Positions 53,353 through 63,220 of a stretch of DNA of 64,000 bases are shown here, piece by piece. The notes under the pieces were generated by a model. That model did no database searches. It was not told the origin of the DNA and was given only the letters and a program-made list of their open reading frames with translations. This stretch comes from an uncultured Thermoleophilia bacterium (lineage in GTDB: Bacteria; Actinomycetota; Thermoleophilia; UBA2241): contig CAVUBA010000005.1 of NCBI GenBank assembly GCA_963739595.1, forward strand, positions 24,631 through 88,630, in the 5' to 3' direction. The position numbers and the translations under genes were made by a program. Position 1 is the first letter of the stretch. Each line of letters opens with the position of its first letter.

Positions 53353-53868
53353 ATGGCAGTCCAGGTAGGTCAGCCCGCACCCGATTTCGCCCTCAAGGGC
53401 GTCGTGGACGGCGAGTTCGTCGACGTGAAGCTCAGCGACTACCGCGGCAAGTGGGTGGTGCTGTTCTTCTATCCTCTCGACTTCACCTTCGTGTGCCCCA
53501 CGGAGATCCAGGGCTTCGCCGGGCGCAACGACGAGTTCGTGCAGCTCGGCGCCCAGGTCCTCGGCGCCAGCGTGGACAGCGAGCACAGCCACAAGGCGTG
53601 GATCGAGCGGGACTTCGGCTCCCTGCCGTTCCCGCTGCTCAGCGACATCAAGCGTGAGGCGACGGACGCCTACGGCGTCCTCCTGCCCGACGGCATCGCG
53701 CTTCGCGGCACCTTCATCATCGACCCCGAGGGCACGCTCAAGTACGCCGTCGTGCACTCCAACAACATCGGCCGCAACACCGATGAGACGCTGCGCGTCC
53801 TCCAGGCGCTGCAGACCGGCGAGCTCTGCCCGGTCGACTGGCGCCCCGGTCAGGCCACCCTGAGCTAG
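53353..53868 (+). CDS. 2-Cys peroxiredoxin (AhpC/TSA family)
   Basis: ATG 53353 follows AAAGGAG. ...GKWVVLFFYPLDFTFVCPTEI... and a resolving-Cys region ...TGELCPVDW... TAG stop. Confidence 0.9.
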   Translation: MAVQVGQPAPDFALKGVVDGEFVDVKLSDYRGKWVVLFFYPLDFTFVCPTEIQGFAGRNDEFVQLGAQVLGASVDSEHSHKAWIERDFGSLPFPLLSDIKREATDAYGVLLPDGIALRGTFIIDPEGTLKYAVVHSNNIGRNTDETLRVLQALQTGELCPVDWRPGQATLS

Positions 53869-53907
53869 GGTAGAGTCTGAAGACCGTCGCAGGCGAAAGG
53901 GAGAGAC

Positions 53908-54210
53908 ATGGCGACCATCGATGACTGGTTCAACGAGGCCACTCTTATGGAGCTCGTGCCCATCGACGTCTACGTCCGCGGCGCGTCGGCGGTCGAGGCC
54001 GGCGCGGTGCGGGTCGTCAAGCGCGACGGCGCGCAGTTGCTGACCTCGGTCGACGCCGGCGAGGACGTCGTCGGCGCGGAGTGGAGCCTCGACGGCGAGC
54101 AGCTCACCTTCTCGTGCACCTGCGGCGACGCGGAGGAGCGCCCGTGCGAGCACCTCATCGCCTCGGCGCTGGCCACGTGGCCCGGCGAGGCGCCCGCCGA
54201 AGACGAATGA
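53908..54210 (+). CDS. SWIM zinc-finger domain protein
   Basis: ATG follows GGGAGAG. 100-aa product with a CxC-x(n)-CxH signature (FSCTCGDAEERPCEH). Confidence 0.6.
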   Translation: MATIDDWFNEATLMELVPIDVYVRGASAVEAGAVRVVKRDGAQLLTSVDAGEDVVGAEWSLDGEQLTFSCTCGDAEERPCEHLIASALATWPGEAPAEDE

Positions 54211-54240
54211 AGGTAGCACCGACCTGACGGGGTGATCGCG

Positions 54241-55269
54241 ATGCAGTTCCGCAACCTCGGCAGCAGCGGCCTCAAGGTCTCCGAGCTCTGCCTCGGCACG
54301 ATGACGTTCGGCAGCGGCTTCATGGGTATCGGCGTCGTGGACCAGGCCGGCGCAGACGCCATCGTGCGCCGCGCGCTGGACGCCGGCGTCAACTTCTTCG
54401 ACACCGCCGACGTGTACTCGCGCGGCCAGTCCGAGCAGATCCTCGGCCGCGCGCTCAAGAGCTCCGGCGTGCCGCGCGCGTCGGTCGTCGTCGCCACCAA
54501 GGTGCGCGGCACGATGAGCGATGCCGCCAACGACGGCACCGGCGACGTGAACAACCGCGGCCTCGGCCGCAAGCACGTCCTCGAGAGCATCGACGCCAGC
54601 CTGCGCCGGCTCGGCCTGGACTACGTCGACCTCTACCAGATCCACGGGATCGACCCGACGACGCCCATCGAAGAGACGCTGGAGGCCCTCAACGACGTCG
54701 TGCGCATGGGCAAGGCGCTGTACATCGGCGTCTCCAACCTGGCCGCCTGGCAGATCGAGAAGGCGCTCGGCATCTCCGAGCGGCGCGCCTGGGCGAAGTT
54801 CGTGAGCGTGCAGGCCTACTACTCGCTGGTGGCGCGCGACCTCGAGGTGGAAGTCCTGCCGATGGCGCGCGAGGAGGGCCTCGGCGTGCTCACGTGGTCC
54901 CCGCTGTCGGGCGGCTACGTCTCGGGCAAGTACCGCGCCGGCTCACCGGAGGTCGGCCGGCGCAACCACTTCGACTTCCCGCAGGTCTCTCCGCACGGCG
55001 GGGAGGCGCTCGCCGCGCTCGGAGAAGTCGCCCGCGAGCGCGGCGCCAGCATGGCGCGCGTGGCGCTCGCGTGGCTGCGGCACCAGCCCGGCGTCTCCTC
55101 GGTCATCGTCGGCGTCCGCGACGTCGCGCAGCTGGAGGACGACCTCGGCGCCGCCGACCTGCAGCTCACGTCCGACGAGCTGAGCCGCCTGGGCGCGGCG
55201 ACCGAACCCGAGTTGCCGTATCCGCAGTGGATGATCGCGCGCCAGACCGGCGGCCCTCAGACGCGCTGA
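54241..55269 (+). CDS. aldo/keto reductase
   Basis: MQFRNLGSSGLKVSELCLGTMTFG...FFDTADVYS.GQSE..LG...DLYQIHG... are typical AKR motifs. An alternative GTG start lies at 54232. Confidence 0.85.
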   Translation: MQFRNLGSSGLKVSELCLGTMTFGSGFMGIGVVDQAGADAIVRRALDAGVNFFDTADVYSRGQSEQILGRALKSSGVPRASVVVATKVRGTMSDAANDGTGDVNNRGLGRKHVLESIDASLRRLGLDYVDLYQIHGIDPTTPIEETLEALNDVVRMGKALYIGVSNLAAWQIEKALGISERRAWAKFVSVQAYYSLVARDLEVEVLPMAREEGLGVLTWSPLSGGYVSGKYRAGSPEVGRRNHFDFPQVSPHGGEALAALGEVARERGASMARVALAWLRHQPGVSSVIVGVRDVAQLEDDLGAADLQLTSDELSRLGAATEPELPYPQWMIARQTGGPQTR

Positions 55270-55324
55270 CCAAGAGGCGGGGGCCGGGTGACGGTCGAGA
55301 GGCGGCATGCCGTACAATCCCGGC

Positions 55325-55552
55325 ATGCCTCTCTATGAATTCCAGTGCGTCGCCTGCGGCGAGCGCTTCGAGTTCCTGTCCAGTCTCGCCGAGCGCGATG
55401 ACAAGGCCGTCTGCCCGTCGTGCGGCGGCCGTGACGTCTCGCAGGTCCTGGGCGGCTTCACGGTGGGTATCTCGCGCACCAAGCTGAATCCCGGCGTGTT
55501 CGAGCGCAAGAAGGGCCAGGCGCCCACGTACAAGCCGCCGGCCGGCGGCTGA
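55325..55552 (+). CDS. FmdB-family zinc-ribbon protein
   Basis: MPLYEFQCVACGERFE....CPSCGG is the characteristic N-terminal double CxxC. The ORF track starts at 55307. Confidence 0.7.
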   Translation: MPLYEFQCVACGERFEFLSSLAERDDKAVCPSCGGRDVSQVLGGFTVGISRTKLNPGVFERKKGQAPTYKPPAGG

Positions 55553-55593
55553 GGCTTCGCCTCCGCCGGCTCCGGGTCGTCCCGCTGTATACG

Positions 55594-55647
55594 ACGACGC
55601 CGCGGTGAGGGCCGGAGGCACTGGGCCGGCCCTCACCGCGGCGTCGT
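55594..55647 (+). terminator. perfect 22-bp hairpin
   Basis: ACGACGCCGCGGTGAGGGCCGG (55594-55615), a 10-nt loop, then the exact complement (55626-55647). It lies 42 nt after the FmdB-like stop. Confidence 0.65.
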
Positions 55648-55858
55648 TCTGACCCGGCGAGATCGCGCGTCGCGGCGCACGCCGGGGGGTCCGAGACGTG
55701 CGGCACGTCGGCGCGCGGTCCCGCCGGGTCGTGTTGTTGTTTCCCCCGCTCCGGCACGTCCATGCCGTTGACGCCGTCGCGGCACGCTCCTCCTCGTCGG
55801 CCGGTGCTCGTGCCTGCCCCCTGCGCCCGAAAGTCATCTCACGGCAGGCGCCCGCCGA

Positions 55859-56089
55859 GCTGGCTACCCTGCCGGCCTGGAGGACGGCGACATCGGCGAG
55901 TTCGGGCGCATCATCGCGGTGGCCGACGTGGTCGAGGCGATGTCGTCGGACCGGCCGTACCGGCCGGCCATCGGCATCGAGGCGGCCCTCGAAGAGATCG
56001 AGCATGGCCGTGGCCTGCGCTTCGACGAGCGCGTGGTCGACGCGTGCCTGCACCTCTTCCGGGACGAGGGGTTCTCCTTCACGGAGTGA
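55859..56089 (+). pseudogene. C-terminal remnant of an HD-GYP phosphodiesterase
   Basis: Start-less frame reading AGYPAGLEDGDIGEFGRIIAVADVVEAMSSDRPYRPAIGIEAALEEIEHGRGLRFDERVVDACLHLF...TE to TGA 56087-56089. None of the three upstream frames shows the HD/HHE part. Confidence 0.55.
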
Positions 56090-57138
56090 GCGGGCGCGCG
56101 CACGCGCAGCGCTGCGCGCGCGACACCGGCCCTGACCGGGACGTCCCCGATCGCGTCGCCGTCGACGTCGAGGGGGAAGAGGCCGGCGCGCGGCCGGCGT
56201 CCCGCCGGCGGGCTCGCCGGCCGCAGCTCCACCTCACGGCAGGTGAAGTGGTCCACGCCCGCCTCGAGGAGGTGCCTCCCCGAGTAGATCGTCCTGAATC
56301 GGCCGACCAGGCGCCAGCGGGTCCTGGTCTGGAACGCGATGACCTCCAGGAGGCCGTCGTCGAGCCGCGCCATCGGGGCGATGTTCATGCCGCCGCCGAA
56401 GGTCCTCCCGTTGCAGACGGCGACGGCGTGCGCGTCCAGCGGCAGTTCGCGGCGCAGGCCTTGCGCGTCCACGAAGCTGCAGGCGAGCTTGACCCGCCGG
56501 CAGGTGACGATGGCGCGCAAGGTCGCCTGCGCATAGGCGAGGCGGCCGCCGACGAACGCCGGCGCGGCCGCCGTGTACCTGTCCACGAGGCCGCCGAGGC
56601 CCGCCGAGAGCACGTTGATCCAGTACCGCTCGACCAGGTGGCCGTCGAGATCGGGGAACCGCGCCCAGCCCACATCCACGACACGCTCCGCGCCGCCGGC
56701 GAGGGCGGCGAGGTAGGCGTCGAGCTCGTGGGGGATGCCCAGGGAACGGCCGTAGTCGCCGCCGGTGCCGGTGCCGACGATGCCGAGCGCGGGAAGGGAG
56801 GCGGCGTCCCGGCCGGGGCTCCCGGCCTCCGCGCCGCTCGTCCCGGCTCGCGCGCCGAGCGCCGGCGGCGTCGCGAGCAGGCCGTTGACGATCTCGTCGA
56901 GCGTGCCGTCGCCGCCCAGACCGATGACCAGCGGGCGGTGGTCGCGGGCGGCCGCGGCCGCCAGTGCGGTCGCGTCGCCGCGGCGACCCGTCTCGGCCAC
57001 GTCGAGATCCCCGACGGCGTCGCGGACCGCGGCGATGAACCGCGAGAGGCCGCGGCCGGTGCGGCCGCCGCCGGAGGCCGGGTTGGCGATGATGAGCGGC
57101 CGGGTCTCGGCGCCTGGGACGTGGACGGGATCGGGCAT
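55864..57138 (-). CDS. diacylglycerol/lipid kinase family protein (YegS/BmrU-like); 3' end uncertain
   Basis: ATG 57138. ...LIIANPASGGGR..., ...VIGLGGDGTLDEIVNGL..., ...LGIVGTGTGGDYGR... Family-like sequence ends near 56090 (...AALRVRAP). The last 75 or so codons of the ORF are antisense to the HD-GYP remnant and may result from an indel. Confidence 0.7.
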   Translation of the reverse strand: MPDPVHVPGAETRPLIIANPASGGGRTGRGLSRFIAAVRDAVGDLDVAETGRRGDATALAAAAARDHRPLVIGLGGDGTLDEIVNGLLATPPALGARAGTSGAEAGSPGRDAASLPALGIVGTGTGGDYGRSLGIPHELDAYLAALAGGAERVVDVGWARFPDLDGHLVERYWINVLSAGLGGLVDRYTAAAPAFVGGRLAYAQATLRAIVTCRRVKLACSFVDAQGLRRELPLDAHAVAVCNGRTFGGGMNIAPMARLDDGLLEVIAFQTRTRWRLVGRFRTIYSGRHLLEAGVDHFTCREVELRPASPPAGRRPRAGLFPLDVDGDAIGDVPVRAGVARAALRVRAPAHSVKENPSSRKRCRHASTTRSSKRRPRPCSISSRAASMPMAGRYGRSDDIASTTSATAMMRPNSPMSPSSRPAG

Positions 57139-57287
57139 GCCGAAACCGTACCAGACGCCCCTCCCCGGGCGCGAGGTCGCACGTACCTGGCCGGGAGGCG
57201 GTGGCCTCGCGCGAACTTCGCCCAACCTCGGGCGAAACGCCCGCAAGGATTGCCTATCTGGTGACGCGGGCGCTCCGTCTGGTATGA

Positions 57288-58769
57288 ATGGCCGAGAGCG
57301 ACCGGGAGGCGTGCGTGGCAGCCATGGACAGACCGCCGATCGAGCCTATCGAGCCGGCGTTCACGTGCGCCTATCACTCGGCGGAGCAGCTCGACCGTCT
57401 CAAGCAGGCCACACTGGACATCCTCGAGACGGTGGGCGTCCGCTTCCAGAGCGCGAAGGCGCTGGACCTGCTCGAGCAGGCCGGGGCCACCGTGGACAGG
57501 GCGACCGAGGTCGCCAGGCTGTCGCCGGCCCTGGTGCTCGAGGCCATGGCGACGGCGCCGCGGCGCTTCGCCCTCGGCGCCCGCGACGCGAGCTGCGACA
57601 TCGCCGTGGGCGACGGCCGCACCTACTGCACCACGGACGGGTGCGGCGTCGAGATCGTCGACTTCGAGACGCGGGAGCGCCGCCAGTCCACCAAGGCGGA
57701 CCTGGCCGACGTGACGCGCCTGCAGGATGCGCTCTCCAGCATCTCGTTCTGGTGGCCGACGCTGAGCGCCGGCGACTGCGGCGAGACGGCGCAACTGCAT
57801 GAGCTCGACGCCGGCTGGAACAACACCGTCAAGCACCTGCAGGGGATGGTGAACGGCGAGCGCGAAGCCCGCTACGCCGTGGAGATGGCCACCGTGATCG
57901 CCGGCAGCGCCGAGGAGCTGCGTCGCCGGCCGGTGCTGAGCGACCTCATCGGCACGATCTCGCCGCTCGTCGTCGACAAGGACGCGATCGAGGCGGCGCT
58001 CGTCTTCGCCGCCGCCGGCGTGCCGGTCACGTGGGTGACCATGCCGACCCTCGGGACCACGGCGCCGGCGACCAAGGCCGGCGCGTACGCGATCGGCTCG
58101 GCCGAGCTCGTGGCCGCCACGGTCGTGCTGCAGCTCGCCAGCCCCGGCGCGCCGGTCCTGCACTCGACCATGCAGAGCTGGGCCGACCCACGCACCGGGA
58201 ACTTCGTGAGCTTCCCGCTCGACGGCCGCACGCGAGCCCTGGGCACGGAGCTCGCGCACCACTGGGGCGTGCCCGCCGAGTCGGCCGCCTGCGGCACCGA
58301 CTCGCCGGTCCCGGGCACCTGGCAGGCCGGCGTCGAGGAGGCGCTCGACTTCGTGCAGGCGGCGCAGGAGGGCTCGGAGCTGCTGCCCAGCATCGGCCTC
58401 GTCAACGTGTACACGCTCTTCTACCCGGAGCACCTGCTCCTCGGCGACGACATCTACCAGCGCGCCCGGCACGCCGTCATGGACATCGAGCTCGACGACG
58501 AGTCGGTGGCGCTCGAGGCGATCGCCGAGGTCGGGCCCGGCGGCCACTTCCTCGGCAACAGGCACACGCGGCGCCACATGCGCGAGGCCGTCAAGCCGGC
58601 GATCACGCACCAGACGGGGCCGGACGGCGCCTACCGTGACCCGGTCGCGGTGGCGCGCGAGCGGGCGGAGGGGCTGTGGCGCGACTACCGGCCGGAGCCC
58701 CTCGAGGAGGACAAGGCGGCCGAGCTCGCGAGGATCCTCGCGGCGGCCGACGCCGAGCTGCGCCGCTAG
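57288..58769 (+). CDS. MttB-superfamily methyltransferase without pyrrolysine codon (quaternary-amine type, e.g. glycine betaine/proline betaine/carnitine class)
   Basis: Intact 493-aa ORF with no internal TAG. MttB-like features along the whole length (...LKQATLDILETVGVRF...A..LL..AGA.VD..., ...GGHFLG..HT....). Substrate not assignable from sequence. TAG stop. Confidence 0.8.
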   Translation: MAESDREACVAAMDRPPIEPIEPAFTCAYHSAEQLDRLKQATLDILETVGVRFQSAKALDLLEQAGATVDRATEVARLSPALVLEAMATAPRRFALGARDASCDIAVGDGRTYCTTDGCGVEIVDFETRERRQSTKADLADVTRLQDALSSISFWWPTLSAGDCGETAQLHELDAGWNNTVKHLQGMVNGEREARYAVEMATVIAGSAEELRRRPVLSDLIGTISPLVVDKDAIEAALVFAAAGVPVTWVTMPTLGTTAPATKAGAYAIGSAELVAATVVLQLASPGAPVLHSTMQSWADPRTGNFVSFPLDGRTRALGTELAHHWGVPAESAACGTDSPVPGTWQAGVEEALDFVQAAQEGSELLPSIGLVNVYTLFYPEHLLLGDDIYQRARHAVMDIELDDESVALEAIAEVGPGGHFLGNRHTRRHMREAVKPAITHQTGPDGAYRDPVAVARERAEGLWRDYRPEPLEEDKAAELARILAAADAELRR

Positions 58770-58845
58770 GCTGCGCCCTTACGACCGCATGCGTAGTCAC
58801 CGCCCAGGCGTGGAAAGCTCCTCTGGACGACCAAGGAGGAGCACC

Positions 58846-59376
58846 ATGGACGAGAACGGGAACGCCCCACAGGCCGGTGCGGAAGGCACGGAAGTCCGGC
58901 ACGGACTGATCGGCTTGGTGCGAGCCGACGACGTGCACATCCAGCAGAGCGCCTCGGTGCTCACCACCGCCAGGGGGGGCGCCGACCTCCACCAGAGCGC
59001 TGGCGTCGCACTCGTGTCCGGCGGCGACACCAGCATGAAGATGTCGGCCGCCGTCGCCGTGCCGACGCTCGGCGACCTGCACATCGAGAAGGGCGGCGCC
59101 CAGTGGGCGATCGCCGCCGGTGACGTCAGCTTCGAGAAGGGCGGATGCGCCGTAGCCGTCGCGCCGAGCGTGCGCGTGGACCGCGGCGGCGTCGGCGTGG
59201 CGCTCGGCTGGCACGTGGACGTCGGCGAGAGCAGCCGCGTCATGTTCGGGCCGCTGGCCGCCGTGGCGCTCGGTCTCGCCTTCGGCGCCGGGATGGGCCT
59301 GGCCATGGCCGTCAGCGCCGGGTACGCCGCGAACAAGGCCTTGAAGAACATGCCAAGGCTCCCCTGGCGGTCATGA
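58846..59376 (+). CDS. hypothetical protein with C-terminal membrane anchor
   Basis: ATG follows AAGGAGGAG. Gly/Val/Ala-rich repetitive beta-like body and a hydrophobic tail (FGPLAAVALGLAFGAGMGLAMAVSAG). Confidence 0.5.
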   Translation: MDENGNAPQAGAEGTEVRHGLIGLVRADDVHIQQSASVLTTARGGADLHQSAGVALVSGGDTSMKMSAAVAVPTLGDLHIEKGGAQWAIAAGDVSFEKGGCAVAVAPSVRVDRGGVGVALGWHVDVGESSRVMFGPLAAVALGLAFGAGMGLAMAVSAGYAANKALKNMPRLPWRS

Positions 59377-59699
59377 TCTTCGTCCGGCACTCTACGGTGA
59401 TCGACGAGCCGGTCGCGCGGGCGGGGTTCCTCTGGGCCGACTTCGTGCAACACCGCATCTCGGACCGCAACTTCGTGCCCGACGAGTGGCTCGAGGTGGA
59501 CGACGCCTGCGGCGTGATGGGCGCCGGCGACGTCCACTTCGAGGCGGTGAGCGTGTCGCGGACACGGGTCACGCTCAGCGTGCAACTCGACCTGCAACCG
59601 TCGGATCCCGAGACCGGTCCCGAGGTGGAAGGGACGTTCCACCGGGCCGTCGCCCACCTGGACCGCTTCCACGACTTCGTCGACGCGCGCGCCGGCTAG
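59373..59699 (+). CDS. small SRPBCC-like (polyketide cyclase/dehydrase fold) protein
   Basis: ATG overlaps the upstream stop (ATGA). 108-aa product. The assignment rests on general sequence character only. TAG stop. Confidence 0.45.
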   Translation: MIFVRHSTVIDEPVARAGFLWADFVQHRISDRNFVPDEWLEVDDACGVMGAGDVHFEAVSVSRTRVTLSVQLDLQPSDPETGPEVEGTFHRAVAHLDRFHDFVDARAG

Positions 59700-59700
59700 C

Positions 59701-60454
59701 GTGGGTGCGCCAGCCGACGGCCGGGACGCGGCCGCACGAGCCGATCAGGTCCTGGCCGAGCTCGCGTCGCTCGGGAGTGAGGAGGCGCGCGCCGGCATGG
59801 CGCGCTACGGCATCAACACCGCCGACGCGTTCGGCGTCTCCGTCTACGTGCTGCAGGCCGATGGCCAAGAAGCTGGGCAGCGACCACGACCTCGCCCTCG
59901 CTCTGTGGGCGACCGGCAACCACGAGGCGCGCCTCCTGGCGAGCATGGTCGACGACCCGGCGCAGGTGACCGAGCAGCAGATGGACGCCTGGGCGGCGGC
60001 GTTCGACTCCTGGGACGTCTGCGATCAGGTGACATCCAACCTCTTCGACAAGACGCCCTACGCGTACGCGAAGGTGCACGAGTGGAGCGCGGCCGACGAC
60101 GAGTGGATCAAGCGGGCGGCGTTCGCGACGGCGGCCGCCCTGGCCGTGCAGGACAAGAAGGCGACCGACGAACCCTTCTTCGAGATCCTCGAGCTGGTCC
60201 GCCGCGAGGCCGGGGACGACCGCAACTTCGTGAAGAAGGCGGTCAACTGGGCCCTGCGCAACATCGGCAAGCGGGACCTGCGGCTGCACGCGGCGGCGAT
60301 GGCCACGGCTGAGGCCATCCTGGCCGCGGCCGAGGAGCGCGCCGCCGTCGACCGCAAGGACCCTGCCGCGCGCAGCGGACGCTGGATCGCGCGCGACGCG
60401 CTGCGCGAGCTGCGCAGCGACAAGGTCATCGAGCGGGTACGCCGCCGCGGATGA
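59701..60454 (+). CDS. DNA alkylation repair protein (AlkD-like HEAT repeats) (frame break near 59855)
   Basis: GTG 59701 ...GSEEARAGMARYGINTADAFGVSVYVL, then after an inserted A ...PMAKKLGSDHDLALALWATGNHEARLLA...FVKKAVNWALRNIGKR... (frame of ORF 59486..60454). Confidence 0.75.
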
Positions 60455-60565
60455 GCCGCGGTGGCGGCGCGCGTAGTGCCGCTGGTGAGCTCGGTCTCAT
60501 GGCGCAGCCGAGCCTGAGGTAGTAACGTACAGGTCTGCGCGGGCGCATCCCAGTCAGCGAGGGCC

Positions 60566-63220
60566 ATGGGGGGTCTGATGCCGGTCACCGAGACCAACGC
60601 CTCGTTCGACGCCGTCCGTCGCCGACATCCGCGTCTGCTCGCGGCATCTCCTGGCTGCGTTCTCATCCCGTTCTCTGCGGCATCGCCGGCGCGATCGGCA
60701 TCGCCGTCGTGTTCTTCTTCGACATGTCGGTCGACGGGCGATCCTGCTCACCGGCTTCTACCTGGTCCCGCTGTTCTTCCTCGCGCTCGCGGTGAACTGG
60801 CGTGCGGTCGCGTTCGCCGTCGTCGTCTGCCTCGCGCTCTCCGCCTTCGTGTTCGTGTGGGAGGACTCGATCGACACCGACCGCTGGCTGATCCTCGCCT
60901 ACGGGGCCATGATCGGAGTCGCGCTCGTCATGCTCTCGTACCTCATCAAGCGGCTGTCGACGATGACGGAGTACGCCGAGCTGCGCGCCCAGCTCTCCGA
61001 GGCGGGCGCGGACATCCTCGGCAGCGGGCGCTCGGTGGACGACCTCGACGAGCTGCTCGAGTACGCGCTGGAACGTCTGGGCGAGCAGCTCGACGCGACC
61101 AACGGCGTCCTGCTGCTGCTGGAGGACGGCGACTGGCTCGGCAGGGCCGGCTTCGGGCTCGGCGTCGACGCCCGCCAGGTCGCCGCCGGCTACGCCGAGC
61201 TGCCGATGGCCGCGCAGGCGTTGCGCGTCGACGCCGCCGTCTCCAGGGACTTCACCGGCGGCGACCCGTCGCCGCTGGCGCCGCTCGCCGCCCACGTGCG
61301 GCTCGAGCGTTCGCTCGTCATCCCCATGCGCTCGCTCGAGCGCGAGGTCGGCGTCCTGTTCTTCAACCGGCCCCAGGACGCGGGCGAGTACAGCGGCGAG
61401 CAGGTGGCGCTCGCCGAGGGCCTCGCCCGCTACATCGGCGTGACGGTGGACAACGTGCGCCTCCTCTTCGAGCTCAACACGCGGCGGCGCGACCTCGAGC
61501 TCGTCCGCGACTCGAGCCTGGACTTCGCCCAGAGCATCGACATGGACGAGGTGCTCGAGGCGGTCGTCACGCGGCTTGTCGGCGCCCTGGACATGCACGC
61601 CTGCGACATCTACGAGGTGGACGTCGAGGCCGGCGTCATGCGCAACCTCGTCAGCTACGACGACGGCGGGTTCGACACCAGCGAGTGGCTGGGCAAGGAG
61701 TACTCCATCGAGTACTTCGCCACCAGCGCGATGGCCATCCGCAGCCGCCGGCCCGTGGTGGTCACGTCCCTGGAGGACCCCCGGCTCAACTACGCCGAGC
61801 GTGACCTCATGAAGCGCTGGGGACACAACACCCAGCTCATCATCCCGCTGCGCATCCGCGAGCAGGTCATCGCCCTGGTCGAGCTGTTCGACGACCGCGA
61901 GGGACGGGACTTCTCGGACGAGGAGATCGAGCTGGCGCGCAGCATCTGCCGCTTCGCCGCTCTGGCGATCGACAAGGCGCGCCTGTTCGACCAGCAGCGC
62001 GCCACGGTGGAGAAGCGCGACCGGCTGGCGCGCCGCCTGCAGCGCCTGCAGTCGTTCGCGGTCGAGCTCAACCAGCGGCTCGACCGCGCCGACCTGCAGG
62101 AGGTGCTCGACCAGGTCACCAGCGCCGCCGTCGACCTGCTGCACGTGCGCTCGGCGGCGGTCGTGGCCGGCAGCGGCGACTACATCGCCGTGCGCTCGCT
62201 CGCCGTCGCCGGCGCCGCGCCGCCGAGCGTCCTCGCGGCGGCCGAGGCCGACCTGCTCGAGCGCTGCCTGCCCGGGATGACGCCGGCCGGCGAGGACTTC
62301 GCCGGGGCCGACAGCTTCACGGTCACGCCCCGGCGACGACGCAGTCGCTGCTCTTCGCGCCGCTCGAGGGTGAGACGGCGCCGCAGCCGTCCGTCCTCGT
62401 CGTCGCCGACAAGCAGCAGGGCGAGTTCGACGACGAGGACAGGATGCTGCTGGCCACGCTCGCGGCGCAGCTCAACGCGAGCATGCACAACGCGATCGCC
62501 TACCAGCGCGAGCACGTCATCGCCGAGACGTTCCAGCAGGCGCTGCTCATGGAGCCGCCGGCGATCCCCGGCATCGAAGTCGGCGTCCACTACCGCGCCG
62601 CCACCGACTCGGCGCGCGTGGGCGGCGACTTCTACGACCTGGTCTCGCTCGGACCCGGCAAGCTGATGGTCATCGTCGGTGACGTGTGCGGCAAGAGCCT
62701 TGCGGCGGCCGCCCAGTCCGCCGTCGTGCGCTACATGCTCCGCGCCTACGCCGCCGAGAGCTCCCCGGGAGAGGCGCTCTCCCGGCTCAACTCGGCGGTG
62801 ATCACGCAGACGCCCAACCAGCCGTTCGTGACGCTCGTGGTGGCCTACGTGGACGTGGCCCGCCACATGTTCGAGTACGCGGTGGCGGGCCACCCGCGTC
62901 CGATCGTGCTCGCCGGCCACGCCGAGTTCCCCATGCCCGGCGAGGGCAACGTGCCCGTCGGCATCTTCCGCGGCGCGACCTACCCGACCAACCGCGCCGT
63001 GCTGCCGGACGATTCGTGCATCGTCCTCTACACGGACGGCATCACCGACGCGCGCCGCGACGGCGTCCTCTTCGGCGAGGAGCGGCTGCACCAGGCGGTG
63101 CGCGCCAACCTGCCGCTGGACGCCCAGGCGCTCGCGGACACTCTGCTGGAGACGGTCAAGGAGTACTCAGGCGGCGTGCTCGCCGACGACTGCGCGGTGG
63201 TCGCGATCAAGCTGCCGTAG
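60566..63220 (+). pseudogene. membrane-anchored GAF-domain PP2C (SpoIIE-type) phosphatase, at least 2 frame breaks; start uncertain
   Basis: TM helices around 60660-60960 (frame change near 60735). GAF-like repeats run from 61000 to 62400. After a break near 62325 the PP2C domain follows (...RVGGDFYD...VIVGDVCGKSLAAA...LYTDGITDAR...DDCAVVAIKL). Confidence 0.7.
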
